A stretch of 64,000 bases of DNA from an uncultured Clostridia bacterium (GCA_944364075.1 CALVVZ010000001.1:48-64047), one strand, 5' to 3'; shown: positions 33,973 through 42,228, counted from the stretch's first letter. The notes: a model not told the origin generated them from the sequence alone. Program-made: numbers and translations.

Positions 33973-34128
33973 TCACCCCTCTGTAAGCAAAATGCTTCTG
34001 GCAATCCAGTAGAGCCAGACAAGCACCCAGTAAGCAGAAATGAGCGGGTGCTGCTTGTTCAATCTCGTGATCGTGAATATGGATGCCGAGCAAGCGATGA
34101 GAAGAAAAATCATGATTTTTTCAAGCAT
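33973..34128 (-). CDS. 51-aa two-TM membrane peptide
   Basis: Hand translation gives MLEKIMIFLLIACSASIFTITRLNKQHPLISAYWVLVWLYWIARSILLTEG. Below the ORF-track cutoff. Confidence 0.4.
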   Translation of the reverse strand: MLEKIMIFLLIACSASIFTITRLNKQHPLISAYWVLVWLYWIARSILLTEG

Positions 34129-34537
34129 GGCCGTCTATTCCTCCTTTCGGCGGCTGCCAGTCCCACCAACCCTGTTTCCCTTTGGCTGCAATAGGCTTGT
34201 CGAAGAGAATCGGGTTGCGCAGGACGAATCCATAGCGCCCGGGCGACCAATCGCCAAGCCTGCGTTCCTTCTCCGTGGCGAGGTATAGGTAGCCGCGCTC
34301 CGCTATTCGGTTCAGCGGGATGCAGTCGACGATCTCGACCGTGCCAAGGACGCAGCCGGTGGCGTTGCAAGCCCAATGCATGCTCGAACGAGGCCACTCC
34401 TTGAGAAACTTTTCATTCACTCCGGCGTGAATAGCAACGCGGCCCCGGATATTTGTGTTCCACCCGCGTGTTTCGATGTGCTTTTCGCCGGTGAGGATAA
34501 GCCCTGCCCAAGGCTGTAATACGGTCAGCGTTCTCAA
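34121..34537 (-). CDS. ASCH-domain (PUA-like) protein
   Basis: LTVLQPWAGLILTGEKHIETRGW ... RVAIHAG matches the ASCH N-terminal pattern. TTG at 34537 lies 7 nt after GGAGGA and overlaps the upstream stop as TTGA. Confidence 0.65.
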   Translation of the reverse strand: MRTLTVLQPWAGLILTGEKHIETRGWNTNIRGRVAIHAGVNEKFLKEWPRSSMHWACNATGCVLGTVEIVDCIPLNRIAERGYLYLATEKERRLGDWSPGRYGFVLRNPILFDKPIAAKGKQGWWDWQPPKGGIDGHA

Positions 34538-34998
34538 GTTTCTTCCTCCCCGTATGCCCGTCCACAGAACGGGCAATGATTGATCTTGCAGGAAAGACGC
34601 TGTGTCTTTTCGTCTCCCGGCTGGTTTATCTCAAGCGCAAGCACCCTGTCGTAGAAACTGAGCTTTGCGCTGCGTTGTGGGTCTGCCGGATGCTCGAAGG
34701 CGAACATATCGTATTCGCCGTCTTCATTGGCGTGGCAGAATCCGCAAGGCTTCGCAGCTTCCTCCGGCATGAGGGCGACGCGGGGATCCTCCTTGATGCG
34801 GCAGCCAACATGGAGCTGGTTGCTGTTGTAATCCCTCATGTCGCAGCAGTTGGAGAAATAGCCGAGCTTGCAATGCCCTTCCCACCCGCGTTCGTTGTGG
34901 CAGACATAAGGCGTTTCGTAATATGCAGGACATTCTTTGCAGGTGGTCGGGTAGCGTTCGATTTGATAGCCAATCTGCTTTTTGAACTTAATGCTCAC
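34534..34998 (-). CDS. Cys-rich hypothetical protein (154 aa)
   Basis: GTG start 7 nt after a GGGAGGTG Shine-Dalgarno. Multiple CxxC-type pairs. Confidence 0.55.
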   Translation of the reverse strand: MSIKFKKQIGYQIERYPTTCKECPAYYETPYVCHNERGWEGHCKLGYFSNCCDMRDYNSNQLHVGCRIKEDPRVALMPEEAAKPCGFCHANEDGEYDMFAFEHPADPQRSAKLSFYDRVLALEINQPGDEKTQRLSCKINHCPFCGRAYGEEET

Positions 34999-35758
34999 AG
35001 CCGTTCACCTCCCACGGAAATTCCTGCTTGAAATCGTCGCACATGATCTCACGGAGCGATTCTTTCATAAAGACCGGGGTTCCGGCCTTCTTCGCCGCGT
35101 TGACGATCTCGTCAATCCACGACTTCTGAGGAACAACCTTGTTCTTGCGGTTTCCTGTCTCGGCACCGACGATAATCCAGTTGGTCTTGCTCGCCGGGTC
35201 AACGCCTTCGTCGGTCAAATCCTCAAACGGAGCAAGAATCGGCTCGATGCTGACAAAGGTGTTTACCTCGTCGCAACAGAAGAACTCCATCTCCGGGATG
35301 GTTGCGGTACTGCCGAACCAGAAATTCGGCTGATTCTCCGGGATGATGCCATTGGCGATCAGGTGCATATACCGCGCCGGGTTCTTGGTCAAAAACAGGT
35401 AGCGGTGCTGCGGAGCGGCAAGGCAAGCGTTGATGACTGCCTCAATCCATTCATCCGGCACCCATTTCCCGAAGAGATCGGCCATCGAACAGACGAAGAT
35501 CGTGCGCGGCTTCGTCCATGCCGCCGGTTCTCCAAGTCTGTACTGATGGAAGGTCGGCGCGAAATCAAAGGGGTACGGCTGCTTCTTTCCGTCGAAAACG
35601 GGGATTTCATGCAGTATGCGCTCGTTGATGTCGGGTTCGTTGGCGTGCCATCCAAAGCGGTTTGCAATCGCTTTGGCGTAGCAGTATTCACAACCATGCA
35701 GGCAGCCGGTAACGGGGTTCCAGGTGCTATCCGCCCAATCAATCTTGGTCTTTTTCAT
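34988..35758 (-). CDS. Phage Gp37/Gp68 family (DUF5131) protein with a CX3CX2C motif
   Basis: N-terminus KIDWADSTWNPVTGCLHGCEYCYA is the family signature and contains C-x3-C-x2-C. GGAGGA Shine-Dalgarno before the ATG at 35758. Confidence 0.75.
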   Translation of the reverse strand: MKKTKIDWADSTWNPVTGCLHGCEYCYAKAIANRFGWHANEPDINERILHEIPVFDGKKQPYPFDFAPTFHQYRLGEPAAWTKPRTIFVCSMADLFGKWVPDEWIEAVINACLAAPQHRYLFLTKNPARYMHLIANGIIPENQPNFWFGSTATIPEMEFFCCDEVNTFVSIEPILAPFEDLTDEGVDPASKTNWIIVGAETGNRKNKVVPQKSWIDEIVNAAKKAGTPVFMKESLREIMCDDFKQEFPWEVNGCEH

Positions 35759-35990
35759 TGCGTATTTCCTCCTCAATCGTCATCAGAACGTCAAACAAAT
35801 CAATTTGTCCCTTGATCTCCGTTTGACATTCATGTTCGCCGCCAATGGCTTTTACGGAGCGGTACGGGTGCAGCGGGCAGTCTTTCAGCTTGCACCGCTC
35901 AACTTCTTTCCGCTGATTGCCGCTGCAATCCATGCACTTTGCCCGGATCGCAACCAGCAGGGCCTCGGCGGTCGGAAGGTTCTTTTTCAT
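35739..35990 (-). CDS. Small Cys-containing protein (83 aa)
   Basis: ORF in register, with a CMDC ... C ... C cluster. Confidence 0.5.
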   Translation of the reverse strand: MKKNLPTAEALLVAIRAKCMDCSGNQRKEVERCKLKDCPLHPYRSVKAIGGEHECQTEIKGQIDLFDVLMTIEEEIRNEKDQD

Positions 35991-36013
35991 GTTCCATCCC
36001 TTTCCGGGCGCGG

Positions 36014-36223
36014 TTATCGGAATATCTTCCCGCTTTCTCGGTCGCGTATCTCAATCCGCGCCACCAGGTCGTAGCCCGCAAGGTCGATCATGGTTTTCAG
36101 CGCCTTAATCAGCCGCGTGGTGCGTGCCTCAAGGGCGGCGTCTGCCTGTGCGATGGGCAGCAGCGCGTCGTGCGCCGTCGGATCGGGGCAGCCGCTTGCG
36201 TTGTGCTTCGGGAATTTAACCAT
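36014..36223 (-). CDS. Hypothetical protein (69 aa)
   Basis: ORF in register. Confidence 0.45.
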   Translation of the reverse strand: MVKFPKHNASGCPDPTAHDALLPIAQADAALEARTTRLIKALKTMIDLAGYDLVARIEIRDRESGKIFR

Positions 36224-36476
36224 TTTTCTTTCTCCTCAAGGCGTCGATGGAGTATACCATCGCGTCCGTCTGGTCATTATGTTTCTCGGCTCCCTGCTCC
36301 TGTTCGATCAGGTGTGCCAGTTTCGGATAGAGATTTCCGGTCTTTTCCGAGCGGATGAACCGGGCGTCAATGATGCTTTTAAGCCTGCGTTTCCTCGCGG
36401 AACACATTTCCCGGCAGTATTTCTTCCGGCGGCATTCCTCGCAATCGCCGGTATCCTTCCACGCATCGCAACTCAT
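36216..36476 (-). CDS. Hypothetical basic Cys-containing protein (86 aa)
   Basis: ATG at 36476 lies 6 nt after a GAGGAGAG Shine-Dalgarno. The longest ORF starts at TTG 36482. Confidence 0.5.
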   Translation of the reverse strand: MSCDAWKDTGDCEECRRKKYCREMCSARKRRLKSIIDARFIRSEKTGNLYPKLAHLIEQEQGAEKHNDQTDAMVYSIDALRRKKNG

Positions 36477-36478
36477 AC

Positions 36479-36874
36479 TCAACTCTCCTCGACGTCAATG
36501 TTTTTTCTGACGGATTCCATAGCTGCATGAAGCACCGTCGGCTGCAGCACCCGCCGCAGCGCTGCCGTGCATCCGAAAATGTCCTGTCCAGCCAACCGGC
36601 AGGAGCTTTCGTGCGAGCATTCGCTGCACGCTTTGGCGCACAACCATGTGACCACCATATCCATGCGTCCGAAGTCAAGTCCAAGCCCAGTTTGTCTGGT
36701 GTAGGCTTCCAGCAGGGCGTCGCAATGGATATGCTCTTTGTTGTGCCAGAATCGGCCATCCTCCGCACTTCTTATGGCTAAGTATTCACTGTCGGGGATG
36801 ATCGGTTTGCCGCACACGTCGCAGAAATGGATTTTCTTCGCTTTGCGCTGGATGACGCTGCAAATTTCGCTCAT
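36479..36874 (-). CDS. Cys/His-rich hypothetical protein (131 aa)
   Basis: FCDVCGK ... HIHC ... CSECSHESSC motifs, with a GAGGAGGG Shine-Dalgarno. Confidence 0.55.
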   Translation of the reverse strand: MSEICSVIQRKAKKIHFCDVCGKPIIPDSEYLAIRSAEDGRFWHNKEHIHCDALLEAYTRQTGLGLDFGRMDMVVTWLCAKACSECSHESSCRLAGQDIFGCTAALRRVLQPTVLHAAMESVRKNIDVEES

Positions 36875-36885
36875 TCAGACCCTCC

Positions 36886-37296
36886 TCAGAACGGCAAATC
36901 TTCGTCGTCAACAGGCACAAAGCCGTCTTGCTCTGTATATCCTCCGCCCGGTTGCCCGGTCTGTCCGGCGCTCTGCTGCCTGCTGGTCAAAAACTCCACG
37001 CTCTCGGCCACAATCTCGGTCACATAGCGCTTGCTGCCGTCCTGGGCGTCGAAGCTGCGGTACTGGATCGTGCCCTCTACGGAGCATTTCCGGCCCTTTG
37101 CAAGATACTTCGCGCACAGATCGGCAAGCTGACGCCACACGACGATGTTGTGGAAGTCGGCTTCTCGCTGGCCGGTCTGCTGGTTGGTGTACTTCCGCTG
37201 CGTTGCTAGCCGGAATGTGCATTTCGTAACGCCGTTGGCTGTTACGCTGGTCTTGGGATCATCGGTGAGATTGCCGATCAGTATAGCCTTGTTCAT
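36886..37296 (-). CDS. ssb: Single-stranded DNA-binding protein
   Basis: MNKAILIGNLTDDP ... FHNIVVWRQLAD OB-fold pattern, Gly/Gln-rich linker and acidic tail DDEDLPF. Confidence 0.9.
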   Translation of the reverse strand: MNKAILIGNLTDDPKTSVTANGVTKCTFRLATQRKYTNQQTGQREADFHNIVVWRQLADLCAKYLAKGRKCSVEGTIQYRSFDAQDGSKRYVTEIVAESVEFLTSRQQSAGQTGQPGGGYTEQDGFVPVDDEDLPF

Positions 37297-37801
37297 TTTC
37301 GCCCTCCACGCTGCCGTCTGGCAGCTCATATTTTGCATCACCAAGCATTGCAAAGCCGGATTTTCCAGTTCCAAGGCCGGTAAATGCTGGATTGCTGAGA
37401 ATACTATCGAGCTTCAATTCCGCCGGTTTGTCACCGCGCAGATGGTTTGTAGCGCTTGCAATATAGTCCAGCGCCCTCTTTTTTCGCTCGTATAGCTCAA
37501 TCTGATCCTGTGATACACGCCCTTCTTCGATAGCCCATTCCATCAGGCTATCATTGCCGTAGGATGCCGAGTAGTGTAGCTTCTGGCACTTCTCCCTGAT
37601 CTCAGCCACTGTGGGCAGCCACTTTGACACAGAGATCAGCTGCATCACAGCAATCATGACCACATCTGCATTCAGGTCTTGCAGGGTAAACGTCCAGGTG
37701 TTCAGCAGCAGATACTTGTCCTGCTGGCTCATGGTCTTAAAAGCGTAGCTGTAATTGGCTTTCATCAGCGCCAGCAGCTTATTGACCTCCTGTTTGGTCA
37801 T
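37259..37801 (-). CDS. Helicase-loader-like protein (G39P / replisome-organizer partner family)
   Basis: The N-terminal pattern (LLALMKANYSYAF ... NTWTFTLQDL ... SKWLPTVAEIREKC) resembles the G39P loader family. ATGA coupling to the organizer gene. Confidence 0.55.
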   Translation of the reverse strand: MTKQEVNKLLALMKANYSYAFKTMSQQDKYLLLNTWTFTLQDLNADVVMIAVMQLISVSKWLPTVAEIREKCQKLHYSASYGNDSLMEWAIEEGRVSQDQIELYERKKRALDYIASATNHLRGDKPAELKLDSILSNPAFTGLGTGKSGFAMLGDAKYELPDGSVEGENEQGYTDRQSHR

Positions 37802-38493
37802 CGGCCTCCCTCCTCCCATGGAAGCGGCACAAATCCTTCGCAGCCTCCGCCGGATTCGTTGAGATCAACAAAACCAAAGTCGCCCGCCGCCGGTTGTTTG
37901 CCTCCACCATTTCTACCAGGCGTATACCTTTGACCTGAACTTGGGTTTATTCCACCTCCATATCCGCTTTGAGGATTATTTGTATATTTATCTTTAGGAC
38001 GTGGGGGCATTGTTGGGTGCATTTTTGCACCTAAAACGCCGTCGTTTCCTGCACAGTCGGGTACAGGATCGGGTGCATTGCTGGGTGCGTTGTTGGGTAC
38101 ATTGTTGGGTGCATCCTTGGGGGTATTGTTGTGTACATCGTTGGGTACTTTTTTGTAACCAACATTCACCGAAAGATAATTGATCTTGTACGCCGGGTTC
38201 TTCTTGTTCTTCTGTCCGGGCTGAAAATCAATCAATCCGCGCTGCTTCAAGCCGTTTCGCAGCGTCTCAATGGCACGTTTGTCAAGGCAGCAGTACAAAT
38301 TCAGTTCGCCATTCGATACCTGGATAAAGCCATCCGGCCAGTCGTATTCCTGGGTCTGCTCGTTAAACGTCGCCCGGTCGTTGGCGATGTAGAACAGAGC
38401 TATCCAGAGCATACGTTCACGCAAGGACAGGCTGCTATCACGGGCATATCGCATGAACAAATTAAATTCGCTGACGAAATTGACCTTGCTCAT
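37798..38493 (-). CDS. Replisome organizer / DnaD-like replication initiator
   Basis: Winged-helix-like N-terminus (LSLRERMLWIALFYIAN ... ETLRNGLKQRGLI). The central linker is encoded by 12-bp tandem repeats, and the C-terminus is Gly-rich. Confidence 0.6.
   Translation of the reverse strand: MSKVNFVSEFNLFMRYARDSSLSLRERMLWIALFYIANDRATFNEQTQEYDWPDGFIQVSNGELNLYCCLDKRAIETLRNGLKQRGLIDFQPGQKNKKNPAYKINYLSVNVGYKKVPNDVHNNTPKDAPNNVPNNAPSNAPDPVPDCAGNDGVLGAKMHPTMPPRPKDKYTNNPQSGYGGGINPSSGQRYTPGRNGGGKQPAAGDFGFVDLNESGGGCEGFVPLPWEEGGR
38059..38148. repeat. 7.5 tandem 12-bp repeats (GGGTRCATTGTT-like) inside the organizer gene; candidate origin iterons
   Basis: Contiguous units begin at 38059, 38071, 38083, 38095, 38107, 38119, 38131 and 38143. 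Two further units lie at 38003..38026. Confidence 0.8.
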
Positions 38494-38518
38494 GGTGTTT
38501 ACCTCTCCGATTCTCGAA

Positions 38519-39145
38519 TCAGAGCGCCTTGTTCCTTATGGTAAAGAGATGCGTAGACGCTGATTCGGTCTGTTCCTTGCGTTCATATTCGGGCCGGTGG
38601 ATGCTCCTCTCAGGATCGAAGCCGTCCGGGTAGCGTTTTTTCAGTTTCTCAATGTTCGTGTCGGCCACTTCGTCAATCGTCACGCCTACCAGGTCGCAAA
38701 GATGCAGCAGGCCCTTGTAAATATCACGCACTCTGTAAGCGCAGCGCATGGCGTTACCTTCAACAAAGCGGGAAACGTAGGCTTCTACCGCATTAGCCGA
38801 CAGCATGGCGGCAGTAAGCTCGATGTCGGCGCAATTCCAAGCGGCAAAAAGGCTGTACTTGTCATAACTGCCGGTGCGGAGCGTGACTTCCTCAAGCTCA
38901 AGCTCCATGCCAGAAACCGTCTCAGCACAGTACCAAAGCACGTCGCCCATTTCCTTGATGAACTTATCCTTCGGGAAGGGCGGATTCTCGCCGCTCTGGA
39001 ACATGTACTTCTTCACGATGTCCACGATCTCGCCGCTCTCGCCGATCAGGCCCAGGCAGCCATTCTTTACGCGGTCGTGGCCTGCGCCGCTGGTGCGAAG
39101 CGCCAGCCTTTGATACTCATTCAGATTCACGTCATATCCTCCCAT
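38519..39145 (-). CDS. MazG-like nucleoside triphosphate pyrophosphohydrolase
   Basis: LNEYQRLALRT ... GLIGESGEIVDIVKK ... EMGDVLWY pattern, with a second C-terminal MazG-like helix pair. Start uncertain (39145 or 39157). Confidence 0.7.
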   Translation of the reverse strand: MGGYDVNLNEYQRLALRTSGAGHDRVKNGCLGLIGESGEIVDIVKKYMFQSGENPPFPKDKFIKEMGDVLWYCAETVSGMELELEEVTLRTGSYDKYSLFAAWNCADIELTAAMLSANAVEAYVSRFVEGNAMRCAYRVRDIYKGLLHLCDLVGVTIDEVADTNIEKLKKRYPDGFDPERSIHRPEYERKEQTESASTHLFTIRNKAL

Positions 39146-39208
39146 AGTGCAACGCACGTTTTACTGATAGGCTTTATAAACCGGGCAGGAACCCGCTTAT
39201 AGGCCATT

Positions 39209-39727
39209 TCAACCCGTAGCCGGTTCAGCATCCGCCAAAGCAGCCTCCGCAGCTTCTTCTTCACGCTTACGCGCCTCCTTTACAACCTCGCGCACAATGC
39301 GCATGTTGTTCCACGTCTTGATGTTGTGCATCGCAACGTTGTATTCGTGTTTCGGGATTTCTTCAAGTGTGGTAATGCCGTAGTCGGCAAGAACGTCCTT
39401 CTTGATGATCCCTGCCAGTTTCCGCACGGCCTTGGGGTCGGAAATAGAGGACTTGTCCAGCAGCTCAAGGGTGTGTTCCTTCATGGCCGCGCTCAGATAG
39501 CGCACTTGCTGTCTGGTAACAGGCGTATTCAGGCGGATTTGCCGTTCCAGCGCTTCCAGCCGGTCATTCTGCACCTGTTGTGCTGCCGAAAGCTGTTGCA
39601 GGGCAGCGGTGTTGTTTTCCAGCAACTTTGCCATAGCTTCCACCAGCGGCCCCATCATCTGCTGCACAATGGCCGGAATTACACTGGTCTGCTCCGGCGT
39701 AAGGGTGGACAGGGCCTTTTCATCCAT
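39209..39727 (-). CDS. Hypothetical helical protein (172 aa, ORF6C-like)
   Basis: ORF in register, with a coiled-coil N-terminal half. Confidence 0.5.
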   Translation of the reverse strand: MDEKALSTLTPEQTSVIPAIVQQMMGPLVEAMAKLLENNTAALQQLSAAQQVQNDRLEALERQIRLNTPVTRQQVRYLSAAMKEHTLELLDKSSISDPKAVRKLAGIIKKDVLADYGITTLEEIPKHEYNVAMHNIKTWNNMRIVREVVKEARKREEEAAEAALADAEPATG

Positions 39728-40673
39728 GGATTTCTACCTCCTCGTATGCGATGGTATTCATAGCCTGACGGGCGTTGGCTGCCCAGCCCTCAACGGTGCG
39801 CAGCAGCTCGTCGTAGGCGTTCTTCTCGGAAAGCGTCATCGTTCCGAAGGTATGGCCCATATGGGGCATCCTGGCGCACGTCCCGATGAATTGCCGCACA
39901 GCGCTGGCGAAAACGTCAATGGTCAGTTCGTCCACCGGCACGCGCTCGGCGTCGCCCTTTGCGGCCACGCTCTGCAAGCTCAGAAGTTCGCTGCGTACGA
40001 AGTCGTACTGACGCTGGGCATCTTCGATAAGCTCGTTCTGTTCCTCGATCTCGCGGCTCAGATTGGCATTCTCCCGGCGCAAACGCTGAGCTTCCTGCAA
40101 GGCAGCGCGGCCATCATCAGCAACCCGCGTAAGCTCTCGCTGCTGGGCGTCAATGGTGTTCTGCTTTTCCACCAGCTCGTCCATGATATGATCCGGCACT
40201 TTGTCAGCTTCCAGCTCAAGCTCGGCGGCGCGATCCTCGGCTTTTTTGCGGGCCTTCCTCTCCTCGTCAAGCTCAATGCGCATTTCCTCGCGTACTTTGC
40301 GCACGGCTTCCTCAACCTCACGGGTGGACATTTCCGAAACGTCGTGATCGGTCAAGAATTGCTCCTCTGTACCGGCAGGCAGGGCGAGGAGCTTGAATAT
40401 TTTGCCGCGTTCGCCGATCTGAGCGACGGCAGCGTTGTTCCCGAAGCGGGCGTATGCCTGCATGAATACCTGTGCATAGCGCACGCTGCAACCGGCGTTC
40501 TCCCTGATCCACTGCTCCCATTCGCCATGCTTGACCAGTGGCTTTGCCTCCGTCAGCACGCGGCCAAGCTGGATTATGCCGTTGGCGATGCTCTTTGCGT
40601 AATACTGGGCCTCTTGTGCAAGCCCACCAAGCACCGCGATTTCGGTGCTGTTCTGAGTGGTAATTTCGTTCAT
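39720..40673 (-). CDS. DUF3102-like N-terminal domain / long coiled-coil protein (317 aa)
   Basis: N-terminal pattern (GIIQLGRVLTEAKPLVKHGEWEQWIRENAGCSVRYAQVFM) followed by about 150 aa of charged coiled coil. Confidence 0.55.
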   Translation of the reverse strand: MNEITTQNSTEIAVLGGLAQEAQYYAKSIANGIIQLGRVLTEAKPLVKHGEWEQWIRENAGCSVRYAQVFMQAYARFGNNAAVAQIGERGKIFKLLALPAGTEEQFLTDHDVSEMSTREVEEAVRKVREEMRIELDEERKARKKAEDRAAELELEADKVPDHIMDELVEKQNTIDAQQRELTRVADDGRAALQEAQRLRRENANLSREIEEQNELIEDAQRQYDFVRSELLSLQSVAAKGDAERVPVDELTIDVFASAVRQFIGTCARMPHMGHTFGTMTLSEKNAYDELLRTVEGWAANARQAMNTIAYEEVEIHG

Positions 40674-40712
40674 CTGCCATTATCCTTTCTCTGTATTTCA
40701 GGGCGAAAACCC

Positions 40713-40741
40713 TTGTAAATACTTGTGTTTTGTGGTATAAT
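40713..40741 (+). promoter_or_regulatory. Plus-strand promoter TTGTAA-17-(TGg)TATAAT inside the minus-strand early operon
   Basis: -35 at 40713..40718, extended -10 TG at 40733..40734 and -10 at 40736..40741. Confidence 0.6.
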
Positions 40742-40747
40742 AGCAAC

Positions 40748-40814
40748 GGAGATTGATGCAAGTCGAGCGATTTCCGCCGTCCGTAGCTATTGCGAGTAGC
40801 TGCGGGCATTTTTT
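40748..40814 (+). ncRNA. Candidate ~67-nt small antisense RNA
   Basis: Bounded by the promoter above and an intrinsic terminator. The terminator has an 11-bp stem (40779..40789 with 40797..40807), loop ttgcgag and T6 at 40809..40814. It is antisense to the intercistronic region of the early operon. Confidence 0.5.
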
Positions 40815-41193
40815 ATTGCATTTTTCGCAATTCCTTGTAATCACTCGGCGGAAGCGGCGGGGATAACCAGTGTGTGAGGTCGCTGTTCCAGTCGAATTGA
40901 TGGAATCCCGTTATGCTGATGTCGCCATGGCTGCTCCTTGCCAGGACGCAGTTGAGTGCGTCGCTATCTTCCTTGGTCGGCTTTCTTTCCGTTGCCACGA
41001 TCCACGGGGCCTTGATTCCTTCCGAAAGGCACATCCAGTAGATGTTGAACGAGTTCTTGGGGAAATCGTCCCATCGTGTAAGCATCACGCCCTGATAGGC
41101 GTGCCACGCAAACACCTTGCCGGTGGAATCGCCGTCTGTCTCGGCAGGCAGACGGCTCTCCCTGTGAATCCAACCGTTATTTAGATTCTCCAT
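40813..41193 (-). CDS. Hypothetical protein (126 aa)
   Basis: ATG at 41193 (MENLNNGW ...). The longest ORF reaches 41217. Confidence 0.5.
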   Translation of the reverse strand: MENLNNGWIHRESRLPAETDGDSTGKVFAWHAYQGVMLTRWDDFPKNSFNIYWMCLSEGIKAPWIVATERKPTKEDSDALNCVLARSSHGDISITGFHQFDWNSDLTHWLSPPLPPSDYKELRKMQ

Positions 41194-41470
41194 CTGCCGT
41201 TTCCTCCGGCAGCTCAACGATCACGCCGCGCTCTGCAAGGGCATCAATCCAGAATTTTTGAATGTGCTTCTCGCAATGGGCCATAGCATCCCACCAGGTC
41301 GGGAAACGCCCGTGCTTCTGGCGAAATTTCATCTGGTAGTACAGGCTGTCCCGGTTGTGGGGCTGATCCGGCCTGTGATCCACTGCGCACTCCCGGCATA
41401 CACCAGGCTTCGGCGGCAAGATCATCACATTCTCAAAGGGGATTTCCTTGACCTTTACCTCATTGCTCAT
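41177..41470 (-). CDS. Hypothetical protein (97 aa)
   Basis: ORF in register downstream of thyX. Confidence 0.5.
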   Translation of the reverse strand: MSNEVKVKEIPFENVMILPPKPGVCRECAVDHRPDQPHNRDSLYYQMKFRQKHGRFPTWWDAMAHCEKHIQKFWIDALAERGVIVELPEETADGESK

Positions 41471-41474
41471 GTCG

Positions 41475-42131
41475 TCAGCCCTCCAGCAGATCGCCGAACA
41501 GTGGGGGCAGATAGCCAGCCATCACCCGGAGCAGCGGCAGCGCCACCTCGCGCATCTGCGGGTGCGGAGCGCCAGTCGTACCGAGCGCACGCAGTTTGAA
41601 GAAATGACGCCATTCGCGGATGTTAGCCGTCATGACGACCTCTGTTTTCGTGCTGGTGGGCAGCACATCACGCGCCATCTGCGGCATATCGCCAATCTCA
41701 AGCAGATCGAAGTATGCCTTTTCGCACGCCTCACAGGCTTTCTTCCACACATCGTAGGATGGGGAACCCTCGCGCCAGAAGCAAGGTTCAATCACCGTAA
41801 TCTCGCTGCCGAACTGATCTTTGGCATAGTTGCAGTAGCGCGTGCTTTCCTGGGCGAAGCTGGCAAGGCGATGCCGCACAAGCTCATGGCTCACGCCGCG
41901 ATCCACGATGAATCGCACCGTCAGGCTGGCATGTTCCAGCATGGCCTCATGACCGCGAGATACCAGCGCTTTGATGAACGTCTCAGCGGTGTCCTCGCCG
42001 ATCTTGTACTCGGTTTTGTAGCATACGCGGCCCGCCTGCTCGATGGCGCTGTAAATTGCCTTGCGGCTTGCATCGTCTATCTTCTGCGGTCGCATAACCT
42101 CAAAACCGGCCCGAATGATTCTCAACCTCAA
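41475..42131 (-). CDS. thyX: FAD-dependent thymidylate synthase ThyX
   Basis: ThyX signature RHRLASFAQESTRY (RHRxxSxxxxSxR), plus a downstream REWRHFFKLR block. TTG start at 42131; ATG at 42095 is possible. Confidence 0.88.
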   Translation of the reverse strand: MRLRIIRAGFEVMRPQKIDDASRKAIYSAIEQAGRVCYKTEYKIGEDTAETFIKALVSRGHEAMLEHASLTVRFIVDRGVSHELVRHRLASFAQESTRYCNYAKDQFGSEITVIEPCFWREGSPSYDVWKKACEACEKAYFDLLEIGDMPQMARDVLPTSTKTEVVMTANIREWRHFFKLRALGTTGAPHPQMREVALPLLRVMAGYLPPLFGDLLEG

Positions 42132-42154
42132 ACACCCTCTTTCAGTTTTCGATA

Positions 42155-42228
42155 TGGAGCTACCGGCAGGAATCGAACCCGCGTCCCCTGATTACGAATC
42201 AGGCGCTTTCCCTTTAAGCTACGGCAGC
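42155..42228 (-). tRNA. tRNA-Thr (anticodon CGU), CCA encoded
   Basis: Hand-folded cloverleaf. Acceptor GCTGCCG pairs with CGGTAGC (one G-U pair). D arm GCTT-AAAGGGA-AAGC. Anticodon arm CCTGA-TTCGTAA-TCAGG. T arm GCGGG-TTCGATT-CCTGC. Discriminator T, then CCA. Confidence 0.88.

Noticed and set aside
33702-34022. N-terminal 107 codons of the 185-aa ORF 33465..34022.
   Set aside because: This part overlaps the better-supported Cys-rich gene 33631..33966 in a different frame and has a Ser/Thr/Arg/His-rich composition. Only the distal part is kept as a CDS.
38003-38148. A regular short-repeat array could be a CRISPR.
   Set aside because: The units are 12 bp, directly adjacent without spacers, degenerate, and in frame within a coding region. 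There are no cas genes.
40756-40866. 36-aa ORF (MQVERFPPSVAIASSCGHFLLHFSQFLVITRRKRRG) starting inside the candidate small RNA; possible type I toxin.
   Set aside because: The ORF runs through and beyond the intrinsic terminator at 40779..40814, so the predicted transcript could not encode it. The Shine-Dalgarno spacing is only 4 nt.
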